Positions 31,314 to 42,574 of a stretch of DNA of 64,000 nucleotides are shown one piece after another (position 1 is the first letter of the stretch; every line of letters starts with the position of its first letter). The stretch is taken from positions 186,635 through 250,634 of the forward strand of contig CAVRMA010000003.1 of NCBI GenBank assembly GCA_963722515.1, in the 5' to 3' direction. The DNA is from an uncultured Alphaproteobacteria bacterium (GTDB lineage Bacteria > Pseudomonadota > Alphaproteobacteria > Rhizobiales > Beijerinckiaceae). The position numbers were made by a program, and so were the translations under genes. The notes below the pieces were generated by a model that was not told the origin of the DNA, did not search any database, and saw only the letters and a program-made list of their open reading frames with translations.

Positions 31314-33312
31314 ATGAGCCTTCGCCGGCAAGCGAGCCACATGTCGCGTCCTTTCTTTCTCAAGGCTCCGGCGCCTCAGGCCAAGGCTTCCACAAGACCT
31401 GTGCGGGGCTCGGCCCTCCGAAAACTCTGGCCCTACATCTGGCCGTCCGGGCGGCGCGATTTGATGCTGCGGATTTATGCTTCCCTGGCTTTGCTGCTGA
31501 CCGCAAAAATTGTCACGATCGCGGTTCCCTATTCCTTCAAATGGGCCACGGACGCCTTGAGCGATCCGGCGCGGGCGTCCCTTTCCGCCGTGATCGCGGG
31601 TCCCCTGGCTTTCACGCTTCTTTACGGCGGTCTGCGCATTTTGATGGCGCTCCTCAGCCAGGCCCGCGATGCGATCTTCGCCGATGTCGCGATGCACGCC
31701 GTGCGCCGTCTCGCGCGCGATGTATTTTCGCATTTGCATCTGCTGTCGCTGCGCTTTCACCTCGAACGCAAGACCGGCGGTCTCACAAGGATCCTTGAAC
31801 GCGGCCGCAATTCAATCGAGACGATCGTTCGCACGACGATGCTGACGGCAGTTCCGACGATTGTCGAATTCGTTCTGATCCTGGCGGTTTTTCTCTATCA
31901 ATTCGATTGGCGTTATGCCGCCGTGGTGACTTTGATGATCCTCGCCTACATGGGCTACACCGCGAGCGCGACCAATTGGCGGATCGCGATCCGGCGGGCG
32001 ATGAACGAGAGCGATACCGACGCAAATACCAAGGCGATCGACAGCCTGCTCAACTTCGAGACAGTCAAATATTTCAATGCCGAGGAGCGCGAGAAGCAGC
32101 GCTACGACAAATCCATCGCCCGCTACGAGCGCATGAGCATAAAGACTTACACGTCGCTTGCCTGGCTCAACGCGGGGCAGGCGGTCATTTTTACATGCGG
32201 GTTGACGGCCGCGATGGCGATGAGCATCGAAGGTATCAAGAGCGGCGCCAATACGGTCGGCGATTTCGTCCTCATCAACGCGATGATGATTTAGCTCTAT
32301 CAACCGTTGAACTTCATGGGCGTCGTCTATCGCGAGATCAAGCAATCGGCGATCGACATCGAGATGATGTTTGCCATTCTCGGCCAGCATCCCGAGGTCG
32401 AAGACCGCTCGGGCGCGAAGCCTCTTGCCGTGACAAACGGCACGCTTTCGTTCGAGCATGTGTCTTTTCATTACGACCCGCGCCGGGCAATTCTGAAGGA
32501 CGTGAGTTTCGACGTGCCGGCCGGAAAAACCGTGGCGATTGTCGGTCCCTCGGGGGCCGGCAAATCCACGATTTCGAGGCTGATATTCCGTTTCTACGAG
32601 CCGTCCGCCGGGCGGATCACCATCGATGGCCAGGATATCGCGATGGTGACGCAAACCTCGCTTCGCGTGGCGATCGGCGTGGTTCCGCAAGACACGGTCC
32701 TTTTTAACGACACGATCGCCTATAATATCCGCTACGGCCGGTTTGAGGCGAGCGACGCCGAGGTGCGCGAGGCGGCGCGTCTGGCGCGGATCGACCATTT
32801 CATCGAACATATTCCTGGCGGTTACGAGGCGCAGGTCGGAGAGCGCGGACTGAAACTCTCGGGCGGCGAAAAGCAGCGCGTCGCCATCGCCCGAACCATT
32901 CTAAAAGCGCCGCCGATCCTCGTTCTCGACGAGGCGACCTCGGCGCTCGACTCCTTTACCGAAGGCGAAATTCAGGACGCGCTCGACCTTGTCGCCAAAG
33001 ACCGGACGACCCTCGTGATAGCGCACAGGCTTTCGACAATCGTCCATGCCGACGAGATCATCGTGCTCGACAAGGGCAAGATCGTGGAGCGCGGCGCGCA
33101 TGAACTCGCTTCTGGCGCAAAGCGGGATATACGCCGCGCTGTGGAAACGCCAGCACGAGGTGAGGCAAGCCGAGGAAACCTTGCGCCGCGCGGCGATCGA
33201 GGAAGGAGGCAGGCTCAGCATCAAGATTGAGACGGAGGAATTGCCGGAACTGGGCGGCGAGCCGGAGGAGGAAGGCGCGCTGGACGAGGACCAGGCAATG
33301 CCCAGTCTTTGA
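31314..33312 (+). pseudogene. atm1: ATM1-type ABC exporter with in-frame TAG (32292-32294) and a late frameshift (about 33100)
   Basis: DSLLNFETVKYF, MMI*LYQPLN (expected Gln), [17 protein letters not shown]; C-terminus continues in 33046..33312. Confidence 0.9.
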
Positions 33313-34057
33313 GGACGCCTCAGACCATCTGTCAGGAAGACCGCCGGCTGTGTAAATTCGGGGCCGGCTGACGAGGCCTTTAAATGCGTATCGGCCCGGC
33401 GGCTAGCCGATGGGCGTTGCGCCCGGCGGAGCAGGCACTTGAGTTGGCATCTGTTCGGTAGAGCAGAACACGCGCCATGCGGTGATAGTCTAGGCACAAG
33501 TTTGCACTGTGAAAGTCAGGAAGTTGCGGTCGCGTCCTCGCGCCGACTTAACCCGATCTACCTTCGGGCTCTTCTCCGAGCGACGCAGCGATATCCTCGA
33601 GCAGTGTCCGGCGGTTTACGAGGCGCGTGAATTCGCGATCGCCTTCCACTAAAGCGACGAAATCCGTTGCACGGCGAAGGACGGCACGCGTTCGTTCACC
33701 GCGCGTCGAGTCCCGCAGAGCATCCGTCCAAGCGCCGAACGCGTGTTGGGGCAACAATGACGTCAGCAGTTCACGGGTTACGTATGTCCCTCGTTCGGAG
33801 GCAGTGCCTCTCAGTAAGTGTCCGTCCAGAAGCATATTGAACCGGATGAATTGTTTGTGATTTCAAAGGAGGCGGCCTGATTCGAGGAGGGGCCGCCGGT
33901 GTGGACGAAGGAAAACCGCACTCGCTACAGTCGCGACAAGCTGCGTTACCCGAGTGATCTGAGTGACGCGGAATGGCCGCTGGCCGAACCGCTGATCCCG
34001 CCGGCCAAGAGCGGCGGCAACAAACGCCGGGTGAACCTCCGCGAGATCGTCAACGGG

Positions 34058-34090
34058 CGAAGCAAGCTTTGCAAGCAAAGATTGCGGAAG
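34058..34090 (+). repeat. 33-nt in-frame hairpin insertion (family B) in IS5 transposase
   Basis: VNG[RSKLCKQRLRK]VMY; CGAA-GCAAGCTTTGCAAGCAAAGATTGC-GGAAG. Confidence 0.8.
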
Positions 34091-34350
34091 GTCATGTACG
34101 TGCTCTCGACGGGATGCCAATGGCGGGCCATTCCGAAAGACCTGCCGCCGCGCAGCACGGTGTTCGCCTATCTCGATTTATGGATCTATGACGGCACCCT
34201 GGATCGCATGCACCGCGCGCTTTACGAAGCGTGCCACGAACAAGCCGGCCGCGAGGCCAGCCCTACCGCCTGCATTATCGACAGAAAGACGCGTGAAAAG
34301 CGCCGAAAAAGGGAGGCCCGCATCGATCCACCTGGGTTCGACGCCGGCAA

Positions 34351-34368
34351 TCCTTCGATGAACACAGG
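34351..34368 (+). repeat. Family A micro-insertion (degenerate) in IS5 transposase
   Basis: TCCTTCGATGAACACAGG interrupts DAGKKIKG; the paralog at 50-51 kb is uninterrupted here. Confidence 0.7.
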
Positions 34369-34701
34369 AGATCAAGGGCAAGAAGCGGCACATTCTCGTC
34401 GACACCGAGGGATTGCTGCTGCATGCCATCGTGCATGCCGCCGATATTCAAGATCGCGACGGAGGCGTTCTTCTGCTGGCCACGCTGTTTGGCTTGTTTC
34501 CTTTTTTGAAGAAGCTGTTCGCCGACAGCGCCTGCCAAGGCCCAATCTTTCACAAGGCCGTTGGCAAAATTCTCACTCAACTCGACGTCGAAATCGTCAA
34601 ACGTTCCGACCAGGCCAAGGGTTTCGTCGTTCTGCCAAAGCGTTGGATCGTCGAACGAACGATTGCTTGGCTCAATCGGTGTCGCCGGCTTGCCAAGGAT
34701 T

Positions 34702-35613
34702 AGACCTCTTGCATAACCGTCATGGGGCTTTCAGTTCCACGTTATAGATTGCGGCGATGAGGAAGAAGCGCAGGCCAAATCTGCGGCGGCGGTTTCTGTA
34801 GCGGTTGGCCATGATCTTGAACCGTTTGAGCATGGCGATGACGTTCTCGCAAGGCACGCGTTCGCTCGATATGGCGCGGTTTCTGGCTTTTTCGCTTGAA
34901 GATAAGGGATTCTTTTTACTGCGCTTTTTTGGCATGCTCGTCTTCGCGTGCCTTCTCTGCAAGCCTTGATAGCCGCTGTCGGCAACGGCTTTCGTGTCAG
35001 GGTGCAGCCGCACTTTCGACCGCTTGAACAGCCTGAAGTCGTGCCGCCGTCCTTTTTCGTGCGCGATGCATAGAATGCGGCGTGTCGATTTTTCGACGAC
35101 AAGCTGCGTTTTCAGCGTGTGCCGCTTCTTCTTGCCCGAATAGCAGCGCTTTTGTTTTTTTGGGCCGTTCGATGGGTGTTTCGGTTGCGTCGATCAGGAC
35201 GATATCGAACACCTGATCGCTTGCGGCAACAGCCTTGCGGCCGGGCAACCGAAAGACTTTGCTTTTGGCCAGCGTGTTTTCGCACCATTTGATGTTACGG
35301 TATGCCGCGCTTTCGCTGATCCCGTAGGCTTGCCCAATGTGAAAATACGTCCGGTATTCGCGCCAGTATTCGAGCATCATCAAAAGCTGGTCTTCGATGC
35401 CAAGGGTGTTGGGCTTGCCGCCGGCGGCTTTTTGCCTGCATTTGGCAGCAAGCAGCAAGGCCGCCATCGCTTCAAATGTGCTCCTTTGAACACCCGTAAG
35501 CCTGCGAAATGCTTCGCCTCTCAGCTCTTTGACCGAATCAAATCTCATCGCCGCTCCTCCCTTCGGCGGCAACGAATCACCCAGTGCTTAAAAAATGGTT
35601 ATGCAAGAGGTCT
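34702..35613 (-). mobile_element. Intact-looking IS5-family (ISL2-group-like) element, 912 bp
   Basis: Perfect 17-bp IRs AGACCTCTTGCATAACC; ATT duplication; FRRLTGV, IDATETPIERPKK, A7 slippery site at 35155-35161, YSGKKKRHTLK, DSGYQG. Confidence 0.92.
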
Positions 35614-36028
35614 ATTGGGGAAATCCGAATGTCAAAGCACTTGCTTTCTTGCGCTTTGCCTCCATCCGTCTCATGTTACGAAAACTCTGTAATCCTTCAT
35701 GAAGTTCTTGGACGGACTCTAAGTGTCCTCTCTGATTGGGGTCGTTGGAGTCGAGCTGCTCCTGCTTGTTTCCTCGCCATCGGTTGATCTCGTTCCCGCA
35801 GGTTACACACTTCTCTTCGCGGTCGGCGCACAGGCCGCCGCATGATGGGATCAGGTGTAAAATACTGGACTTGAGATTTCAGGCACTGCCGGATGAAATC
35901 GCAACCCGCCATTCATCTCTTGGCGCCGGGTATTATCGGCGAGGTGGACTCAATGTTGTCAAGGATGCCTTAGGGTGTTTGGAAAAACGCCCGTCGCAAG
36001 CAACGGGCTATGGCACCGGCTGCGCCGG

Positions 36029-36080
36029 CGCGAGCATTCAGGCAAGTCCGGCATACCGGACTTGCAAAATATTGCTCGCG
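36029..36080. repeat. Compound REP-like hairpin directly 5' of the group II intron
   Basis: Outer stem CGCGAGCA/TGCTCGCG; inner GCAAGTCCGGCATACCGGACTTGC (36042-36065). Confidence 0.75.
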
Positions 36081-36084
36081 TCCT

Positions 36085-36454
36085 GTGTGCCGGGCATGTC
36101 TGGCGTCCTGGGGGTGAAAGTCCCCTGTGCAACCTGATGGAGGTGAAGCACGAGCAAAGCGCGAGGGCGCCGCCGCGAGGCGGGGTCTGAAGGAAGCGCG
36201 GAGCGAAATCGCGACTCGGCGAACAGAAACTGGATGCGAGGCAGGCTTGGCCGGACGAGCGGGCAGGAGTTCGCAAAGTCCGAATCCATCAAGGGCCGAG
36301 GCTGTAAATACGGCGGGTGTGCGAGGAAGGATGCCGGGCTTACCCCGGGAGATCCGTGGCCTTAGTCCCATCGGGGACTGAGGCCGCCGCGCGGCGTCCC
36401 GGCCGCGACGCGGAAGTCAGCAGAGGGCGTAGTAGCCGGGGCGATCCGGCGAAG
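36085..36454 (+). ncRNA. Group IIC intron, 5' fragment (DI-DIII); no RT ORF or DV found
   Basis: GTGTGCCGGGCATG start, GGGGTGAAAGTCCC, TCTGAAGGAAGC, CTTACCCCGGGAGATC, GAAGTCAGCAGAGGGCGTAGTAG, collinear with the IIC layout. Confidence 0.85.
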
Positions 36455-36720
36455 ATGCCGCCGCCAGAATGGGCCCGCCGCTTTGAGCCTCGCCGCTGAA
36501 GCGGATGGCTGCTTCATGGCCGAGATCATTATCTGGGATTTAACCGAATGCGAGGTGGCGGCGCGCGCCTTCGCGCCTCCGCTGGCGCCATTTTGGCGGG
36601 CTATGCCCGCCAGAACCTTTGGCCAGCTCCGCCCGATGGCGGGCTCCCCCGGGTTCGATCGCGATGCGCTCATGCCCCGCTCCGTCTGACCCATGGCCGT
36701 CGCCGCCTGACTTGGGAGGG
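36455..36720 (+). pseudogene. Highly decayed fragment, possibly DUF4338 (IS-associated)
   Basis: ATGGCCGAGATCATTATCTGGGATTT resembles MAE-HYLGF; otherwise scrambled. Confidence 0.25.
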
Positions 36721-36879
36721 TCGATCGACGCTGGCCAGGGGACAGACACCAGAGGTCCGGGCCAAACAAAAGGATGCAAAACATCCCCGTGCAAGGCTTA
36801 AGAGCGGGCGGTTGTTGCGCAGCAACTTCCTCCGCCACTGCGTCCGGGACCTGCGGTCATCCTCGACGCGCGTCGCGAG

Positions 36880-36972
36880 CCCTGGAATATACCAATGGCC
36901 ACTCTTGACGTCGTAGCCTCAACCGGAGCCAAACTATTGGCGCAGGTCAAAACTGAGGGCGGATGGTATGAG
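36880..36972 (+). mobile_element. IS630 right-end remnant
   Basis: ...GCGCAGGTCAAAACTGAGGGCGGATGGTAT, homologous to 38848-38880. Confidence 0.6.
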
Positions 36973-36986
36973 CCCCAAGGTTTCAC

Positions 36987-37062
36987 TGGTGAGCGCGATG
37001 GGATTCGAACCCATGACCTCCTGATTAAAAGTCAGATGCTCTACCAACTGAGCTACGCGCTC
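36987..37062 (-). tRNA. tRNA-Lys(UUU)
   Basis: GAGCGCGTAGCTCAGTTGGTAGAGCATCTGACTTTTAATCAGGAGGTCATGGGTTCGAATCCCATCGCGCTCACCA; 76 nt, anticodon TTT, encoded CCA. Confidence 0.97.
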
Positions 37063-37421
37063 CTTTACGAGCGTGGTTGGATTAGCCGCATCGGCTCGAC
37101 GGGTCAATGGATGCGAAAATCGGCCGGCATAATCGGCAACCGCGGCCGGTCCGCCCGGAGCGGTCCCAACGGCGATATCGCCGGTTTCATGCTGCGCGCG
37201 GACACCGAAGGGAGGCACCGCGAACAGGACGGTGAACCTGATGGTCAAAAAATCCGCACCGGCCATGGGGATCGAAACAGGCATGTCCGGCCTCGGCCTT
37301 TCGCCAAAATTTTTGCCCGCCAACCGGTCTGGGTCCGCGCGCCGCCACTGTCGCCATTTGGCCACGCCGCCCTCAAAACCGGTTCCGCCATGGCACGGAC
37401 TATTGCAAGCAAACCCCCACC

Positions 37422-38595
37422 CAGGGCAGAATCCTAAATTGCTAACGGTTACCTAAAGCGGAAAGATTCGAGTGGGCTTTGAGCGGAGAAGCCCACGATG
37501 ATGAGTTTTGTGGAATACCTGAAAGAAGGCCCCGGCCGCAGGGTCGCCTTGACGGTGATCTATCGTCTGAACGAGGATTTATTTGCACGGCTGCTTGGCG
37601 TTCTCCGTGGGGCGGACAATTGGGACGCCTCAGGGCTTTCGAGCCGAGAATATCTGCCTTGGTTAAAACGGTTTCCGCCGTTCAAACGCGGGGTTCCGCG
37701 GGCTCAGACGTTTCGTAAGGTTTTTTTTGCTTTTGTCCCAGAAAGCTCTGGGACAACGCTTGGCCCGGATTGGTGTCCTTTCTGCGGGAAGTGGTGCGCG
37801 GAGTTGGGGTGGCCATTGATGGAAAGACCCTGCGCGGCTCCAAAAAGGCAGGGGACGGAAGCGGCGCGTTGCATCTTCTGTCGGCCTCCGCCTGCGAAGC
37901 AGGACTTGTCACCGGGCAAATTGCTGTCGATGGAAAAAGCAATGAGATCAGGGGCGCGATCGTGTCGATCGCCGCCTTGGGGACCGAGACGGCGATCGCG
38001 CGCCAAAGATCACCGGGAAAGAGGCCGGTTGCGTTCTGGCGCTCAAGGGTAATCAGAGCGCGTTGCACGGCGACGTAAAAAGGTTCTTTGACGACGCGCA
38101 ATTGGCCAAAACTTGCAATCTTCACAAAACAACCGGTGCGGGGCATGCGGTGCATCGAAGAACAGGAATGCCGCGGGACGGACGTCATCGACTGGCTGAA
38201 GGAGCGGCAGCCAGATTGGCAAAACATGCGGAGCATCGCCGCCATTACGGCAAAGCGCATCGCCAAAAAAACAGGGCAAACATCCGTCGAGGCGCGCTTT
38301 GAGATGACGCCCTTCGCCGCCGGTCCCGCGGCGATCCGCACGGCCGCGCGTGGGGGATCGAAAACAATTTGCACTGGCAGTTAGACATAACATTCGGCGA
38401 GGATCGTTGCCAAACGAGAAAGGACATCTCCCCATTGAACCTCGCCGTCGTTCGCCAAATGGTTTTCAATATCGTCAAGTAGGACAAATCCAAGCTATCC
38501 CTCGAGCGCAAACGCCTGAAGGCGTCCGTCAATTCCTCTTTTAGGTTGGAGTTGCCGAAATTAGCTAATGCGTCGGCGCCAGTGCCATCGCCCTG
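37422..38595 (+). mobile_element. ISAs1-family element, decayed
   Basis: VAIDGKTLRGS, KSNEI, LKGNQ, IENNLHWQLDITFGED across several frames; CAGGGC/GCCCTG termini. Confidence 0.88.
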
Positions 38596-38880
38596 TTGAT
38601 CCTCGACGGTGCCGGTTGGCACGGTTCGCCACGACTCATCGTGGTCATGCCGCGTCCGCCCGCCGCGCCGGAGCCGAACTCGGTCGACCCTTCGACAGAC
38701 TCAGGACATCTGGGAGTATCCGCGCGGCAACTTTCTCAGCCACGGCGTCTTTGACACCTGCGAGGCGATCCTCGAGGTGTGTTGCGACGCCGGCAATGCC
38801 CCGATCGCCAAATCCGGGGTTATTGCCTCAATCGGAACCAGAGAGTGGGCACAGGTCAAGATTGAGGGCGGCTGGTCTAA
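38596..38880 (+). mobile_element. IS630 C-terminal remnant
   Basis: LILDGAGWH, decayed APELNPVE, IWEY.RGNFLS..VFDT, ASIGTREWAQV. Confidence 0.8.
38688..38705 (+). repeat. Family A micro-insertion in IS630 transposase
   Basis: CCCTTCGACAGACTCAGG between GTCGA and ACATCTGG (expected VENIW). Confidence 0.8.
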
Positions 38881-39011
38881 GCCATGATTTGGCTCAGATT
38901 TCACGTGGCCTTATAGATTGAGCCGCCGCCGCGCGCCGGTATGGCTTTTAGTCCGCTGTATTTTTGATGTCGCCCGGATAGAGCGTCCGGAATTCGTAAA
39001 GGCCAGGTTGC

Positions 39012-41427
39012 ATGCGGCAAATCACCCGTTTTCTTGGTTTCGTTTTCGCGACGGGCGCGATCGTGTTCGTCATTGGGGCGTGCGCGGCGGGGCTTGTGGT
39101 TTGGAAATTCGAACGAGACCTGCCGGATTATACGACGCTCAAGGATTACGAACCGCCGGTGATGACGCGGGTGCATGCGAGCGACGGATCGCTAATCGCC
39201 GAATATGCCCGTGAGCGGCGCCTTTATCTTCCGGTCGCCGCCATCCCGGCCCTCGTCAAGGAGGCGTTTATCTCCGCCGAGGACAAGAATTTCTACACCC
39301 ACGCCGGCATCGATCCGGAAGGCATTGTGCGCGCCGCTATCGTGTTCCTTCAAGGCGACAAGCATGTCCAAGGCGCCTCGACCATCACCCAACAGGTCGC
39401 CAAGAATTTTCTGTTGACGAACGAGCGGTCTTTCGAGCGCAAGATCCGGGAAGTGCTTCTCTCGTTCCGGATCGAGGGCGCCTATTCCAAGGACAAGATT
39501 CGAGCTTTATCTCAACGAAATCTATCTCGGGCTCGGCAATTATGGTGTCGCCGCGGCGGCGCTGAACTACTACGGCAAGTCCGTGCATGAGCTGACGATC
39601 GCGCAAGCCGCCTATCTCGCCGCCTTGCCGAAGGCGCCGAACAATTATCATCCTTTCTTGAAGCGCGAACGGGCGATCGAGCGGCGCAATTGGGTCATCG
39701 ACCGCATGGTCGAGAACGGCTATGTCTCGCGCCAGGACGGCGAGAAAGCCAAGGCCGAGGAGCTCGGCGTCAATCCCAGGGTCCTTTCGCCCAATGCGTT
39801 CGCCGCCGGCTTTTTCGCCGAGGAAGTCCGCCGCGAACTCAGCGAGCGTTACGGCGAAAAGAAACTCTATGAAGGCGGTCTTTCGGTTCGCAGCACGCTT
39901 GATCCGAAAATGCAGCTGCTGGCAAGGCGCGCCCTGGTCGATGGCCTTGTCCGCTACGACGAGGCGCATGGTTTTCGGGGTCCCATGCGCCACATCGACA
40001 TCAGTCAGGATTGGGGGATTCCGCTTGCCGATATTCCGGCCTTGGGCGACGTCGCACCTTGGCGGCTCGCCGTCGTTCTCGATGCCGCCGATGCCGGCGC
40101 GCGAATCGGCTTGCAACCCCGCCGGGAAAAATCCGGCGAGATCGAGCGCGAACGCGAATCCGGCACGCTCACCACCGCCGGGTTGCATTGGACCCGTGGC
40201 GCCGGCTCCCGCGCGTCGCTGGGGCCGGGCGATGTGATCTATGTCGAGCCGGTCGAGGGAAATCCTCAAGCGTACCGGCTGCGCCAAATCCCGGAAGTCA
40301 GCGGCGCGATCGTCGTGATGGACCCCTACACTGGCCGCGTGTTCGCCATGGCCGGCGGTTTTTCGTTCGACCAGTCCGAGTTCAACCGGGCGACGCAGGC
40401 GATGCGCCAGCCGGGTTCCTCGTTCAAGCCGTTTGTCTATGCCACGGCCCTCGACAATGGCTATACGCCATCCTCCATCATTCTCGACGAGCCGATAGAA
40501 ATCGATCAGGGACCGGGTCTTCCGGCGTGGCGTCCGGAAAATTTTGAAGGCAAGTCGAGCGGCCCCCACACCTTGCGCTATGGGGTCGAACATTCGATCA
40601 ATCAGATGACCGTGCGGCTCGCCCGCGATGTCGGCATGCCGCTCATCGCCGAATATGCCAAGCGCTTCGGCATCTACGACGATCTGCCGCCCTACCTCGC
40701 GATGTCGCTTGGTTCCGGCGAAACGACCTTGATGCGCCTGACCACCGCCTATTCGATGCTCGCCAACGGCGGCAAGCAAATCAAGGAAACCTTGATCGAC
40801 CGCATCCAGGACCGCTGGGGTCATACGATCTACCGGCACGACGAGCGAATCTGCGAGGGGTGCGACGCGCCCCAATGGGACAATCAAGACGAGCCGAGAT
40901 TCATCGACAACCGGGAGCAAGTGCTCGATCCGCTCACCGCCTATCAGATCACCTCGATCATGGAAGGCGTCATCCAGCGCGGCACCGGCATGGCGATCAA
41001 GGAAGTCGGCAAGCACCTCGCGGGCAAAACCGGGACGACCAACGACGCCAAGGATCTTTGGTTTATCGGTTATTCGCCAGATCTCGCGGTCGGCGTCTTC
41101 ATGGGTTACGATCAGCCGCGCTCGCTAGGGGATTCGGCGCAAGCCGCGCATTATACGGCGCCGATCTTCCGCGACTTCATGAAGATGGCGCTGGCTGGCA
41201 AACCCGACATTCCGTTCCGGGCGCCGCCCGGCATCAAGCTGATCTGGGTAGCCGCGAAAACGGGAATCCGGACGAGCGCGAGTTCCGAAGGCGCGATCCA
41301 AGAGGCGTTCAAGCCTGGCACGGCGCCGCCTGACTCCTATGCCGCCAGCGATGCGACGCCGCGGGCGCAGGCCGTCAATCCCGACGCCGACCGGCTGGTC
41401 GGGACCGGGACCGGCGGGTTGTATTAG
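39012..41427 (+). pseudogene. mrcA: Penicillin-binding protein 1A, frameshift near 39500
   Basis: SAEDKNFY, QGASTITQQVAKN, KI[fs]ELYLNEIYLG, QPGSSFKP, SIN, KTGT. Confidence 0.92.
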
Positions 41428-41639
41428 GCTGCGGCTCGATTGGGGCGCGACAAATCCCGTGCCCGGCGTCTCAGTGCCGCCCCGCGCAAAACGCTCGCGC
41501 GGTGTTAGAGTGTCCCGAGAACCCTCTCAATCGGTTTCGGGGCATATCGGTGCCAGCATGCCGGCCTGGCGCGGGTTTACCCCGGCCCGCGCATCGGCTA
41601 TGGCAGACGCCGGAAAACCCATTCGGGCAGGAGTTCAAC

Positions 41640-42095
41640 ATGCTGGGGGCCGGTAACACGCTCACCCTAGAGACTACGCAGGGGCAGGTCGTCATCGAAA
41701 TGCGGCCCGACCTCGCGCCAGCCCATGTCGCGCACATCAAAAAACTCGTGGGCGAGAAGTTCTACGACGGCGTCGCGTTCCACCGCGTGATCGAGGGGTT
41801 CATGGCCCAGACCGGCTGCCCGCACGGGACGGGGACCGGCGGCTCGAAATATCCCAATCTCAAGGCCGAGTTCACTGCCGAGCCGCATATGCGCGGCACC
41901 TGCTCGATGGCCCGCGCCCAGGACGCAAATTCCGCGAATTCGCAGTTCTTCATCTGTTTTGGCGACGCGCGCTTTCTCGACAAGCAATATACCGTCTGGG
42001 GGAAGGTTACGGCGGGCATGCAGAACGTCGACAAGATCAAACGCGGCGAGCCCGTCCGCGATCCTGACAGAATCGTTTCCGCGACGGTCGACTGA
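41640..42095 (+). CDS. Cyclophilin-type peptidyl-prolyl isomerase
   Basis: AGGAG RBS; FHRVIEGFMAQTG, SMARA, SANSQFFI, YTVWG. Confidence 0.93.
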   Translation: MLGAGNTLTLETTQGQVVIEMRPDLAPAHVAHIKKLVGEKFYDGVAFHRVIEGFMAQTGCPHGTGTGGSKYPNLKAEFTAEPHMRGTCSMARAQDANSANSQFFICFGDARFLDKQYTVWGKVTAGMQNVDKIKRGEPVRDPDRIVSATVD

Positions 42096-42125
42096 TAGCC
42101 TGTTTCAAAAGACTCGCCTTCATCG

Positions 42126-42570
42126 TGAGCGGCTGTCTTTTTTGGCAAGGGTTGATGCGAGGCTTTGAGGGTAGGTTTCCCGCCCACGTCCAGGGAGAAC
42201 GATCTGGTCATGCGGCCGTCCATCGTGTCTTCTCACGCAGCATGGCATTGCGAATGACGAGGAGCTTGCGGGTGCACGCGATCAAGGCCTGCTTGCCGGT
42301 TTTCCTGGCGGCGCGGAATTTCTGGCAACGGGGAGCGATCATAAGATTGCAGCCGCGCGCGACCAAAGCCGCCATATCCACATAGAGAGCGGCGCGCACA
42401 CAAGGTCTGCCGCCGGCGATCGCCCGCCTGCCCGCTGTCTTGCCGCTGGCGTGGTTGTCCTTCGACGAGCTCAGGATGAGGGGCGCGACGCCGGCGCGAG
42501 CGGCGATCTGGCGGCGGCCGGAGCCGGATTTGGCCGCGGCAGACCGTTGCGGCCCGCCGCGGCCTCAACC
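42126..42570 (-). mobile_element. IS110-family C-terminal and right-end remnant
   Basis: GVAPL..NHASGK, AIAGGR, RAALY, ALIACTRKLLVI; typical end CCCTTGCC...AGACAGCCGCTC. Confidence 0.8.
42457..42477 (+). repeat. Family A micro-insertion (21 nt) in IS110 transposase
   Basis: GTCCTTCGACGAGCTCAGGAT cleanly between the L and N codons of GVAPL|NH. Confidence 0.85.
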
Positions 42571-42574
42571 GGCT

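Larger units (their letters stand above)
33818..35719 (+). mobile_element. IS5-family (IS1031-like) element, decayed and interrupted by a second IS
   Basis: MWTKENR...YPSDL...TGCQW, KRWIVERT, resuming after 35616 as ...ASIRLMLRKLCNPS; imperfect IRs GTGTCCGTCCAGAA / TTCTTGGACGGACTC; TAA duplication. Confidence 0.9.
33548..35912 (-). pseudogene. Hypothetical Cys-rich gene interrupted by the nested IS5 pair
   Basis: Joining 35722 to 33814 gives a continuous frame PSCGGLCADREEKCVTCG...QRGHL/LRGTASERG to the stop at 33548. Confidence 0.4.

Noticed and set aside
32292-32294. TAG recoding or alternative genetic code in atm1
   Set aside because: TAG terminates other genes here (vapC, bluB, PBP1A) and atm1 has a second lesion
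36987-37062. Integrative element at tRNA-Lys
   Set aside because: Debris lies 3' of the tRNA, but I found no integrase and no duplicated tRNA 3' end
37070-37420. ORFs overlapping or upstream of tRNA-Lys
   Set aside because: No recognisable motifs, and they overlap the tRNA and its promoter region
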